Source of the DNA: Candidatus Dojkabacteria bacterium
GTDB taxonomy: Bacteria > Patescibacteriota > Dojkabacteria > J137
DNA: 64,000 bases
Assembly: GCA_040006935.1 (NCBI GenBank)
Contig: JBDTVZ010000001.1
Coordinates: 295,772 to 359,771 of the forward strand
Direction: 5' to 3'
Part shown: positions 16,446-25,265 of the stretch, piece by piece
How positions within the stretch are numbered: the first letter of the stretch is position 1
Layout of the letters: every line of letters begins with the position of its first letter
Notes under the pieces: model-generated
Told to the model about the DNA's origin: nothing
What the model saw: only the letters and a program-made list of their open reading frames with translations
Database searches by the model: none
Translations under genes and position numbers: made by a program

Positions 16446-17960
16446 TTGAACTTTAATCCATACAAAATAATTAAATATCAGTTATATCTTTTTCAATTAG
16501 AAGAATATGATGGCAGGAGATATCTAGATGCAATACTTCATAAAGGATTAATCCCTACAAGTTCGCTAAGAAAAGAATTACAATGGACATTGAAAGCAAA
16601 ATTAATATTTCTAATATCATTAATACTTCAAATCGCAGTGGCTGCAGCAGATTCTCATCTGATCGGTCTAATTTTGTTTAACTCCACACTCGTATTAATT
16701 ATTATCTTAATTTTTGAATTATTCCTTGTTGCTTATCTGAGTTTTATATTCAATATTGTTGCCTCCTGGATATTATTCCCACTTGAATACTTTCAAAAAC
16801 AAAGATTAATAAACCAAGCGAAATCAAAATATCAAAAACTTAAAACTCAAAACTCAGAACTTAAAACTATCGGCATTACTGGTAGCTTTGGGAAAACAAC
16901 TATGAAAGAAACCTTAAGCACAATTCTTTCTGAGAAATTTAAAGTAGTAAGTACTCCAGAAAATATTAATACTCCTATCGGTTTAGCTAGAGTTATTCTA
17001 AGTTCATTGAACGAAAGCACTGAAGTATTTGTAGTTGAGATGGGAGAATACGTAAAAGGAGATGTAGATGCACTTTGTCAAATTGCAAAACCCGATATTT
17101 CTGTTATTACTGGAATAAACGAAGCTCACTTAGAAAGATATGGAAGCATGAAGAATGCTGTTGATACAAAATTTGAAATTGTTGAAAATACTCCTGAGGG
17201 TGGATTAGTTGTTTTAAATGGTAATGACAAATTAACAACTGAGAACTACGAAAGATTTACAAAAAACAAAAGAGTAGAGTGGTTTAATTCTGAAAGTTCC
17301 CCGCCTGTTTACCTGACGAATGGCAAGGCTCCTGACGCAGGAGGGCGGGCAGGTAAGTTTAAAGTTTTAAGTTCTAAGTTTGACATTGAGAAATTAGTCA
17401 GAAGAATTGAAATTCAAACCCCTACATCAGCTCTTTCAGCTCAAACAAATATTATTGCCGAATATATTGGAGGGAATATACTTGCTTCGATGATTGTTGG
17501 AACAGAGTTAGGAATGAGTGAAGCTCAAATAAAATTAGGAATTACTCAGTTAAAACCTGCTCCTTATAGATTAGAAGTTAAGAAGAATGGCGATATAGTG
17601 GTCATAGATGACACTTATAACGGTAATTCAGATGGAATTAAAGCTGGAATTAAATTACTTTCTGAATTTACTAATAGAAGAAAAGTTTATGTAACTCCTG
17701 GACTTGTAGAAACTGGTGAACTTAAGGAAGAAATTCATAAGGAAATTGGTAAACAATTAGCTTCTGTTGCGGATTTAGTAATATTAACAAAGAATTCTGC
17801 AACACCATTTATCGCTGAAGGATTGAAAGAAGCAGGATTTACAGAAGATAAAATAGTTTGGTACGAGACATCAAAGGAAACTTACGAAAAATTAAGAGAG
17901 AATCTACAAACTGGAGATGTTGTTATGATGCAGAACGATTGGAGCGATAATTATTTCTAA
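16446..17960 (+). CDS. murF: UDP-MurNAc-tripeptide--D-Ala-D-Ala ligase (MurF-like) with N-terminal TM helices
   Basis: GITGSFGKTT, INTPIG, VVEMG, IDDTYN, VTPGLVETG; adjacent to ddl; TTG start. Confidence 0.85.
   Translation: MNFNPYKIIKYQLYLFQLEEYDGRRYLDAILHKGLIPTSSLRKELQWTLKAKLIFLISLILQIAVAAADSHLIGLILFNSTLVLIIILIFELFLVAYLSFIFNIVASWILFPLEYFQKQRLINQAKSKYQKLKTQNSELKTIGITGSFGKTTMKETLSTILSEKFKVVSTPENINTPIGLARVILSSLNESTEVFVVEMGEYVKGDVDALCQIAKPDISVITGINEAHLERYGSMKNAVDTKFEIVENTPEGGLVVLNGNDKLTTENYERFTKNKRVEWFNSESSPPVYLTNGKAPDAGGRAGKFKVLSSKFDIEKLVRRIEIQTPTSALSAQTNIIAEYIGGNILASMIVGTELGMSEAQIKLGITQLKPAPYRLEVKKNGDIVVIDDTYNGNSDGIKAGIKLLSEFTNRRKVYVTPGLVETGELKEEIHKEIGKQLASVADLVILTKNSATPFIAEGLKEAGFTEDKIVWYETSKETYEKLRENLQTGDVVMMQNDWSDNYF
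17300..17354 (+). repeat. In-frame (nested) palindromic element inside murF
   Basis: CCCGCCTG..GCTCCTGACGCAGGAGGGCGGGCAGG is the same family as 9479-9514; encodes PPVYLTNGKAPDAGGRAG. Confidence 0.88.
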
Positions 17961-17966
17961 ACATGC

Positions 17967-18058
17967 ATTGTGTCATCCCGAGCGAAGTCGAGGGATCTAT
18001 AACCACAGAAGTTAAAGATTTCTCGACTCGGCTAAAGCCTCGCTCGAAATGACACAAT
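17967..18058. repeat. REP doublet (TGTCATCCCGAGCGAAGTCGAGGGATCT..AGATTTCTCGACTCG..CGCTCGAAATGACA)
   Basis: Long imperfect inverted repeat between murF and ddl. Confidence 0.85.
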
Positions 18059-18095
18059 CTGTTAGAATCTTTTTATTCATTTACTTTAAAATCAT

Positions 18096-19268
18096 ATGAA
18101 AATTGCAGTATTTTTTGGATCTAGAAACCCGGAGCACGATGTGTCTATAATTACAGGACAACTTATTATTTCCGGTTTGAAAGAACTTGGTCACGAAGTT
18201 ATCCCAGTATATATTTCCAAAGATGGCAGTTGGTATGTGGGAGAAGAACTTGGTAATTTAGATTTCTTCAAAAAAGAAAACTATAGATTAGAACTTAAAA
18301 ACTACGAAGGATTTAATCTTCAGTTAAATACTAATGGGAAAATGATTTTCAAGAAGCAATCAATGTTTAATTCAACCGAGTTAGTTGCTGATTTTGCTTT
18401 TCCAGCGATTCACGGACAGAATGGTGAAGATGGAACTATTCAAGGAATGTTCGAAATGTTGAATGTTCCTTATGCTGGATGTGATGTTCCTGCTTCAGCA
18501 AATGCGATGGATAAAGTTACTACAAAATTGATTTATCAAAGATTTAATATTCCAACTACAAAATTCACTTTCTTCCATACAAATGAATGGTTAACAAAAA
18601 AAGATGAGATTATGAATGAGATTGGAAAAAGTTTAACTTTTCCTTTATTTGTAAAACCTTCTAGACTAGGTTCTTCTATCGGAATTGCTAAAGTTAATTC
18701 TAAGGAAGATTTAGAATTTGCAATTGAAGTAGCCCTTCATTATGATGACAAGGTTTTAGTAGAAGAAGGAATTGAAGATTTAAAGGATTTAACAGTTTGT
18801 TTGATTGGAAACGATGAACCAATTATAAGTAAGATTCAAGAATCTACATATACAAAAGACTTTTTTTCTTACGAAGACAAGTACATTAACGAAGGTGGTG
18901 CTCAAATTGGAAATGCTCAGAAGAAAATGATTATTCCGGCAGATTTAGATGAAAAAACAACTGAGGAAATTAAACAACAAGCTAAGGATGTATACAGAAT
19001 TTTTGGATGCTCTGGAATTGCGAGAGTAGATTTTTTGTATGATAGAACATTCAAGAAATATTATGCTAATGAGATTAATACTCTTCCAGGAACAATTTAC
19101 CAACACTTATGGAAACAAAGTGGAATTGAATTAAAAGAGTTATTAACAAAATTAATTGAGTATGGAAAAGAAAAACATGATAAGAAACAAAAATTGACCT
19201 ATACATTTGAAAGTGAGATACTCAAGAAATCAAATTCTAATAAATTAAAGCTGAAAGGTAATAATTAA
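18096..19268 (+). CDS. ddl: D-alanine--D-alanine ligase
   Basis: EHDVSI, HGQNGEDGTIQG, KPSRLGSSIG, ARVDF, NEINTLPG. Confidence 0.95.
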   Translation: MKIAVFFGSRNPEHDVSIITGQLIISGLKELGHEVIPVYISKDGSWYVGEELGNLDFFKKENYRLELKNYEGFNLQLNTNGKMIFKKQSMFNSTELVADFAFPAIHGQNGEDGTIQGMFEMLNVPYAGCDVPASANAMDKVTTKLIYQRFNIPTTKFTFFHTNEWLTKKDEIMNEIGKSLTFPLFVKPSRLGSSIGIAKVNSKEDLEFAIEVALHYDDKVLVEEGIEDLKDLTVCLIGNDEPIISKIQESTYTKDFFSYEDKYINEGGAQIGNAQKKMIIPADLDEKTTEEIKQQAKDVYRIFGCSGIARVDFLYDRTFKKYYANEINTLPGTIYQHLWKQSGIELKELLTKLIEYGKEKHDKKQKLTYTFESEILKKSNSNKLKLKGNN

Positions 19269-19269
19269 T

Positions 19270-20589
19270 ATGGAGATCCCTTCGACAGATTATCTGAATC
19301 TTGAGAAAAGTAACGAAGCAAGAGAGCAGTATAGAATTAAAACAAGTAGGGCTCGCGCAACTGCATTAGTTAAGTACGTACAACATCGTGAATTTGAAAG
19401 ATATGGTATGTTCGTCCCTCAAAGCGTTAAGGATAGAGATGATGAATGGATATCAAGTACGTCTAAACAAGTAAAAAAGATTGCCCTTTCAGAAGCTCCT
19501 TTACTTAAAATACTTCAGCCTAAAGTGTTTATCAATTACCGTAATGAGCATAATTTACGCACCCTTATACAACTTCCTGAAGAATTTTATGTTTATAACC
19601 CCACTGGTAATAGAGTTGGTATTGAGATAGAAATTGAGGAGCCTCCTAATTTAAGTCGTGAAGAAGTTAATCTATATCTTGAAGACCTAGATAAAGAGGT
19701 TCAAGACTTAGGATTGTTAATTGGATACGATTCTTTAAGAGAAATACCATTGCCTCCTTCATCATTAGAAAATCAACTAGCAGGTTATGCGGAAATGTTT
19801 AATTGTAAGTTTATTCTTCCAGGTCAGGAATTAAATACCCATATTAACTTTGAGAATATTGTACAACCTCTAAAGTATTTAAAAGAAATGCTCATTATTC
19901 ATCTTTGTTTCTCAGCTTCAGGAATATTTCATAGGCCTGTGTGGGATATTGACCTAGATTATACTGGAACTAATAAACCAATTACCGATGAAGATTTAAT
20001 ATCTTGGGATCCAAACCTAAGAGGGCAGCCTCATGGCTACCCTTTAAAAGTAAGAAGTACTAACGTAACAGAGTTTAGACTAATAAACATGAAGAACGAA
20101 GGCTTTGAGAAATTTTCCAGTGGACTTATTTCCCTATACAATATTATTCAATGTTTTATAAGTTATACAAAAATTAAAGAGGGTGTTGAATTTAGTAAGC
20201 AAGATTCGGAACAATCACAAATGTTTGAGGACTTTATGGAACAAGTAAGTTATCAAATGAAAACTAACATAATTAGTAAAGTCTCTGAAACTAACACCAA
20301 TTTTAATTTTGATTTTTCAATGGAAGTAATTGGGAAATTTCTATATTTAAGTGTTCTAAAAGTTAGTTTAATGTCTAAAGGTAATGATTTAGAATATTCA
20401 GATGAATTTTTAATACATCTACAAGATATGTATTGTTCTGGTTCCGAATTCAATGAGATTTGGAGTCAAATTAATTTTTCTGCAATAAAGAAACCCTTGT
20501 TTATGCAGCAATTATACGAAGAAATTATTAGTGTTTCAAACCGTGTTGTTAAACAAAATGAAAATAATTTTGCAAAAGATAACTCTTAA
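19270..20589 (+). CDS. Hypothetical protein with putative amidoligase (glutamine synthetase/GCS-fold) motifs
   Basis: VGIEIEI, D-SLREI, NTHINF and TEFR in the expected order. Confidence 0.5.
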   Translation: MEIPSTDYLNLEKSNEAREQYRIKTSRARATALVKYVQHREFERYGMFVPQSVKDRDDEWISSTSKQVKKIALSEAPLLKILQPKVFINYRNEHNLRTLIQLPEEFYVYNPTGNRVGIEIEIEEPPNLSREEVNLYLEDLDKEVQDLGLLIGYDSLREIPLPPSSLENQLAGYAEMFNCKFILPGQELNTHINFENIVQPLKYLKEMLIIHLCFSASGIFHRPVWDIDLDYTGTNKPITDEDLISWDPNLRGQPHGYPLKVRSTNVTEFRLINMKNEGFEKFSSGLISLYNIIQCFISYTKIKEGVEFSKQDSEQSQMFEDFMEQVSYQMKTNIISKVSETNTNFNFDFSMEVIGKFLYLSVLKVSLMSKGNDLEYSDEFLIHLQDMYCSGSEFNEIWSQINFSAIKKPLFMQQLYEEIISVSNRVVKQNENNFAKDNS

Positions 20590-20605
20590 TGTAATAATTA
20601 CAGTC

Positions 20606-20656
20606 ATGATAATTAATGTATTAACTAAAAATTGTTGTTGTCCTTACTGTACATAG
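20606..20656 (+). CDS. Cys-rich leader peptide MIINVLTKNCCCPYCT
   Basis: ATG at 20606, TGT-TGT-TGT at 20633-20641, TGT at 20648, TAG at 20654-20656; TTGCAA-N17-AATAAT promoter ends 7 nt upstream. Confidence 0.8.
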   Translation: MIINVLTKNCCCPYCT

Positions 20657-20713
20657 CCAGGAAGGATTCTCTATAAGTATTTAGAAAACCTCCTGGAAAC
20701 GGGAGATTTTTTT
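20657..20713 (+). terminator. Attenuator: antiterminator CCAGGAAGG / terminator CTCCTG-GAAA-CGGGAG plus T-run
   Basis: 20657-20665 pairs with CCTCCTGG (20689-20696), which is also the 5' arm of the terminator hairpin. Confidence 0.8.
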
Positions 20714-20730
20714 ATTTTTAACTAAAATTT

Positions 20731-21522
20731 ATGTTTTTTTTAATATTTATTTTATCGTTAATAATTGGTTATATAATGATCTTGATTTTACTTCAGGATT
20801 TACATTTTCCTAACCTTGAACTGAAAAAATTCCAGGTTAAAGATTCCGAATCAAAAACTAATGTTTTATTTATTTTTCCACACCCAGATGATGAGGTCAT
20901 GTCTTCAGGTGGATTATTAAGAAAATTAGTAAAAGATAAAAATTTTAATGTTTTTGTGGTGGATGTTACAAAAGGCGATAGAGGAGACGAGATTCTAAAG
21001 TTATCTCCAGAAGAATTAGGGAAAGTGAGAGAGAGTGAATTTAAAATAGTAATGAAGATTGTAGGCGTTAAGAATGGTGAAGTGTGGGATATTCCTGATG
21101 GAAAAGTACCAGAGAATTTTGAAAAGTTAAAAAGACAAGTAGAGGAGTTTATACAAAAGAATAATATAAATCTGGTAGTAACTTATGAAAAATGGGGAGT
21201 TTATGGTCATCAAGACCATGTTGCATTAAGTAAAGTAGTCCATGAAATTTCTGAAAGCAATAAGGATGTAAAAGTACTTTATTCTACTATTGGACCTAAA
21301 GTGGCTAGAAGTCTTAACTTAAAAAAATATATAAAAGGATTAGATTTAGCTAATTTTGAAAGTAATGAACCTCCAGAATTTAAATTATTTACTTTAAAAG
21401 AAGCTTTTGCTCGATTTTTAGCAGCGAGACAGTACAAATCACAGAATCTATCGCACAAATATCCACTTTGGGTTACAATTCTAATGAATCCATATGAGTA
21501 CTACACGACGAAGTACGAATAA
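20731..21522 (+). CDS. PIG-L family deacetylase with N-terminal TM helix
   Basis: PHPDDE, TKGDRG, R-E-SE, GHQDH. Confidence 0.9.
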   Translation: MFFLIFILSLIIGYIMILILLQDLHFPNLELKKFQVKDSESKTNVLFIFPHPDDEVMSSGGLLRKLVKDKNFNVFVVDVTKGDRGDEILKLSPEELGKVRESEFKIVMKIVGVKNGEVWDIPDGKVPENFEKLKRQVEEFIQKNNINLVVTYEKWGVYGHQDHVALSKVVHEISESNKDVKVLYSTIGPKVARSLNLKKYIKGLDLANFESNEPPEFKLFTLKEAFARFLAARQYKSQNLSHKYPLWVTILMNPYEYYTTKYE

Positions 21523-21545
21523 TAATGATTATCTAAATCAAATTT

Positions 21546-22958
21546 ATGCTTAAAATTTACAATACATTAGGAAGAGAATTAGAGACATTTAAGTCTATAA
21601 AAGATAAATATGTAAGTATTTATAGATGTGGACCGACTGTTTACTGGACACAACATATTGGAAACATGAGAGGAATGGTAATGTCTGATTTAATAGAAAG
21701 AACTTTAAAGTACGAAGGGTACAAAGTTAAATTTGTTCAAAATTACACAGATGTGGGTCATTTGACTAGTGATGAGGACGAAGGCGAAGATAAGATGGAG
21801 AAAGGAGCAAAAAGAGAAGGATTAAGTCCAAAAGAAATCGCAGATAAATATATTGCTCAGTTTGAGAATGATGTTGCAAAGTTAAATGTTTTAGAACCAG
21901 ACTATAAACCTAGAGCTACAGAATATGTAAAACAGATGATTGAAATGGTTCAAGAACTTTTAGATAAAGGTTTTGCTTATGAAAGGCCAAATGCAATTTA
22001 TTTCGATATATCTAAGTTTCCTAAATACAACGAACTCAACGGACAAAGGTTAGATATGAATAGAGAAGGAGAAGGACATGGAGATGTTACGGACGAAAAT
22101 AAAAAAAATCCTCAAGATTTTGCTTTGTGGTTTTTCAGAACTGACGTACATAAAAATGCTTTACAATATTGGCCGTCTCCTTTTAAATCTTCTGAAGTAG
22201 AAAATGGAGAAGGTTTTCCAGGCTGGCATATTGAATGTTCTGCAATGGCAAGAGATCTACTAGGAAATCCTATTGATATTCACATAGGAGGAATTGAACA
22301 TATAGCTGTTCATCATACTAACGAAATTGCCCAAAGCGAGGCTGCGAATGGAGAAAAATTTGCAAACTATTGGTTACATCATGAGCATTTGGATGTTGAT
22401 GGTAAGAAGATGAGTAAGTCTTTAGGAAACATATATTCACTTGATAATATATTGGAATCTAATTATAGTCCGATGCATTTGAGATATTTCTTTTTACAAG
22501 CACACTATAGATCAAAACAAAATTTTACATTCGAAGCTCTTGATGGAGCTAAAAAAGCTTATGAAAGGCTTATCAACTTTGTAAAAACGTGGGCAGAAGA
22601 TTCAGATAAACAGAAATCTAACGATTTCAAGATTAATAAGGGATTTAAGGAAAAGTTTACAGAGGCAATTGAAGATGATTTCAATATTCCAAATGCGTTA
22701 GCAATTGTTTGGGAATTAACTAAATCTGACTTACAAAGTGATGATAAATTAGGAACTCTTTTAGATTTTGATAAAGTTTTAGGCTTAGGATTAGAACATG
22801 CTTTATCACAACCTAAAGAAAAAGAAATTCCACTTGAGGCCCAAATGTTAATTGAGGAGAGAAATATAGCAAGATTAAGTAAAGACTTTAAAAAAGCTGA
22901 CGAGATTAGGGACCAACTTAAGAGTAGATTTGGAGTTGATGTAGTGGATAAGAGGTGA
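21546..22958 (+). CDS. cysS: Cysteinyl-tRNA synthetase
   Basis: CGPTVY, HIGN, GFPGWHIECSAM, KMSKS, DDFN, ADEIRD anticodon-binding domain. Confidence 0.97.
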   Translation: MLKIYNTLGRELETFKSIKDKYVSIYRCGPTVYWTQHIGNMRGMVMSDLIERTLKYEGYKVKFVQNYTDVGHLTSDEDEGEDKMEKGAKREGLSPKEIADKYIAQFENDVAKLNVLEPDYKPRATEYVKQMIEMVQELLDKGFAYERPNAIYFDISKFPKYNELNGQRLDMNREGEGHGDVTDENKKNPQDFALWFFRTDVHKNALQYWPSPFKSSEVENGEGFPGWHIECSAMARDLLGNPIDIHIGGIEHIAVHHTNEIAQSEAANGEKFANYWLHHEHLDVDGKKMSKSLGNIYSLDNILESNYSPMHLRYFFLQAHYRSKQNFTFEALDGAKKAYERLINFVKTWAEDSDKQKSNDFKINKGFKEKFTEAIEDDFNIPNALAIVWELTKSDLQSDDKLGTLLDFDKVLGLGLEHALSQPKEKEIPLEAQMLIEERNIARLSKDFKKADEIRDQLKSRFGVDVVDKR

Positions 22959-23195
22959 TTAATTTAAAGATATGTCCGAAGGGTTCTCTATAATTGCTAG
23001 AAGGTAACTAGCGAGATCCTCATCATAAGCACCTGTCTCATCCATTTGTTCTAATAAAAAATTAGCATCATTTTTAGATAGACTTCCTGCAGAGGCATAA
23101 ATAACCAGATCTTCTATTTTACTATTTAGTAAATCAAGGAGTTCTTGTCTTCGAGTATTTAAATTCTGGTTTCTATTATATGCGTCATCCAACAT
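22959..23195 (-). CDS. Small acidic hypothetical protein
   Basis: 78-aa ORF with weak similarity to its neighbour (LSKNDANFLL vs ISLSEANYIL). Confidence 0.6.
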   Translation of the reverse strand: MLDDAYNRNQNLNTRRQELLDLLNSKIEDLVIYASAGSLSKNDANFLLEQMDETGAYDEDLASYLLAIIENPSDISLN

Positions 23196-23200
23196 AATTA

Positions 23201-23458
23201 TTAATTAACAGAGTATAATTCTAGAAATGTTTTAAACTCAATTAGTCTATCCACTAAAATATATTTTAAAGACTCTGGAATGCAAGTTATGCATTGACAG
23301 CAATTCAATATATAATTTGCCTCTGATAGACTAATTTCTTCGTCTTCTATTCTCTGAATAAGGAAATTAATTCCTTTTTCACTACTTAAAAGATCGAAGA
23401 TATCTTTTATTGTGAATTCTGGCAATGGCTGTTGACCCTGCGTTGAAAATTCTTCCAT
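23201..23458 (-). CDS. Small acidic hypothetical protein
   Basis: 85-aa ORF in an apparent operon. Confidence 0.6.
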   Translation of the reverse strand: MEEFSTQGQQPLPEFTIKDIFDLLSSEKGINFLIQRIEDEEISLSEANYILNCCQCITCIPESLKYILVDRLIEFKTFLELYSVN

Positions 23459-23595
23459 AAAATATTATTACTAATTATTGTTCCTTAGCCCAATTAACAA
23501 AATCATCCGGAACTTCCCCATCTCTATATGACCGCACCCCCTTAAACTAAGACAGGTTTCTATGACTAAGATAAAATAATTTAGTTATTAAATTT

Positions 23596-23859
23596 GTGAA
23601 TATGTACAAAAGAATACCAGTAGAAATCAAAAATGAAGTTTTGCAAAAAGTGCGTAATGGAGAAAAGGTAATAGATTTAGCAAGACTTTATGGAATTGGA
23701 GATAAAACCATTTATCAATGGTTAAAAGAATCTGTAAAACAAGAAGTATCAATATGGGAACATAGAAGGATAAAAGCAGAAAATGAAGAGCTAAAAAGAA
23801 TTCTAGGAATGGTAATGCTGGAACTTGAGAGGAAAAAAAAAGGTGGAGATAATAAATAG
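23596..23859 (+). CDS. IS3 transposase OrfA (HTH)
   Basis: LARLYGIGDKTIYQW HTH followed by a coiled coil. Confidence 0.88.
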   Translation: MNMYKRIPVEIKNEVLQKVRNGEKVIDLARLYGIGDKTIYQWLKESVKQEVSIWEHRRIKAENEELKRILGMVMLELERKKKGGDNK

Positions 23860-24655
23860 CTCAACAAACAAAAAACTAATAGCAAAAGTTGCAAAAATTA
23901 ATCACAAAGATATTTACTACAAATCGAGAATGGAAGATAAAGATTTCAAATTAATCGAAAAAATTACCACAATGCATAAAAGCCATCCATCATATGGATA
24001 TCTAAGAGCAGCAATAGAACTTGGTATTAACAAAAAACGCACTCAAAGAGTTATGGCAAAATACAGCATTAGAGCTCCTAGAAGAAAAGTTAGGAAATTC
24101 AGCACTACGCAATGTGTAGAAAATACTAGCTATACAAATCTAATTAAAGATTTAGAAATAAAAAGACCTTATCAGCTACTGTGTACTGATTTAACATATA
24201 TTAAATTTCAAGGGAAATTCATTTATCTGGGAACAGTTGAAGATATATTTACTAGAGAAATATTATCTGCTAATTTATCCGATAAACATGATAGCCAATT
24301 AGCTCTAAGTATAGCTAGAGAAGCTATCAACAAATCCAATGGTAATACACAGATATTTCATTCAGATCAAGGTTCTGAATTTATGGCTCAGAGTGTTACA
24401 GGTTTTATTGAATCAAAGAATGTAAAAGTTTCAGTAAGTGATAAAGGAAGTCCATGGCAAAATGGATATAAAGAATCTTTCTTTTCAAGATTTAAAGATG
24501 AGAATGGAGATTTGAGTAGATTTGATACTTTAGGTGAATTAACAGAAGAGATTTACAGTTATATTAACTATTACAATAAATATCGAATTCATACCAAACT
24601 CAAAATGAGTCCTGTTCAATTTAAAGCTACTCTCGTAGAATCTAGTCTTAAATAA
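23825..24655 (+). CDS. IS3 transposase OrfB (DDE), -1 frameshift at A9G (23833-23842)
   Basis: YGYLR, TDLTYI, HSDQGSEF, SPWQNGYKESFF, YNKYRIH. Confidence 0.92.
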   Translation: MRGKKKVEIINSSTNKKLIAKVAKINHKDIYYKSRMEDKDFKLIEKITTMHKSHPSYGYLRAAIELGINKKRTQRVMAKYSIRAPRRKVRKFSTTQCVENTSYTNLIKDLEIKRPYQLLCTDLTYIKFQGKFIYLGTVEDIFTREILSANLSDKHDSQLALSIAREAINKSNGNTQIFHSDQGSEFMAQSVTGFIESKNVKVSVSDKGSPWQNGYKESFFSRFKDENGDLSRFDTLGELTEEIYSYINYYNKYRIHTKLKMSPVQFKATLVESSLK

Positions 24656-25134
24656 AGGGGGTGTTGACAATAAGTTCTTTCTTCCACATACTCTTCCTCG
24701 TTTATTGGAGCTAAGAAGTTAAAACTATTACTATTGATGATTGCTTCTATTCTTGCTTTTAATCTATCTCTGTTAGACATAACTTCTGATGTGTTTGTTA
24801 ATATTCTATTCATAGATCCATAATCTATTGCACCTTTAGGTCCCGAAAATTTTCTTTGTTCGATTAGCATCTCTGCGACCCAAAGTAATTTTATAAGCAT
24901 TTCATGAGTATAAAAAATTCCGTTCCGACCTACATTTCTATAAGGTAAAACTAATCTATTTTTTACAAGATTATCTAGAAAACTTACTACAACTACATCT
25001 CTATCATCAGCATATTTTATTTCATAAAAAAATCTCAGAACTTGCTGCCTTGTCAACGTTTCAGGAAGTTTATCAAAAATGATATCTCTTCTCCCTAGAA
25101 GATGATTATTCAATAATAATTTATCTCCGGCCAT
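24616..25134 (-). CDS. Hypothetical MerR-like/DUF1836-like DNA-binding protein, interrupted by IS3 near its 3' end
   Basis: NLVKNRLVLP..FYTHEMLIKLLWV. The native C-terminus RDGEVPDDFVNWAKEQ* continues in frame at 23525-23475. Confidence 0.7.
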   Translation of the reverse strand: MAGDKLLLNNHLLGRRDIIFDKLPETLTRQQVLRFFYEIKYADDRDVVVVSFLDNLVKNRLVLPYRNVGRNGIFYTHEMLIKLLWVAEMLIEQRKFSGPKGAIDYGSMNRILTNTSEVMSNRDRLKARIEAIINSNSFNFLAPINEEEYVEERTYCQHPLYLRLDSTRVALN

Positions 25135-25265
25135 ACGTGCTACTTAAAGGATATATATATACATGATAGCAAATCAACCACAGATTGTCACTGGTGGTCG
25201 GCATCATATTATTTTATTGACAATTTAACCCTTCGGATATACCATCTATGAGTTGAATTAAGAAT

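Larger units (their letters stand above)
23529..24669 (+). mobile_element. IS3-family insertion sequence (1141 bp)
   Basis: TG..CA ends, imperfect IRs (TGACCGCACCCCCTT / TGTCAACACCCCCTT), 3-bp ATA target duplication, orfA plus orfB. Confidence 0.93.

Noticed and set aside
20590-20730. T-box riboswitch before cysS
   Set aside because: Too short, no stem I and no TGGNACC T-box motif; the leader-peptide model fits better
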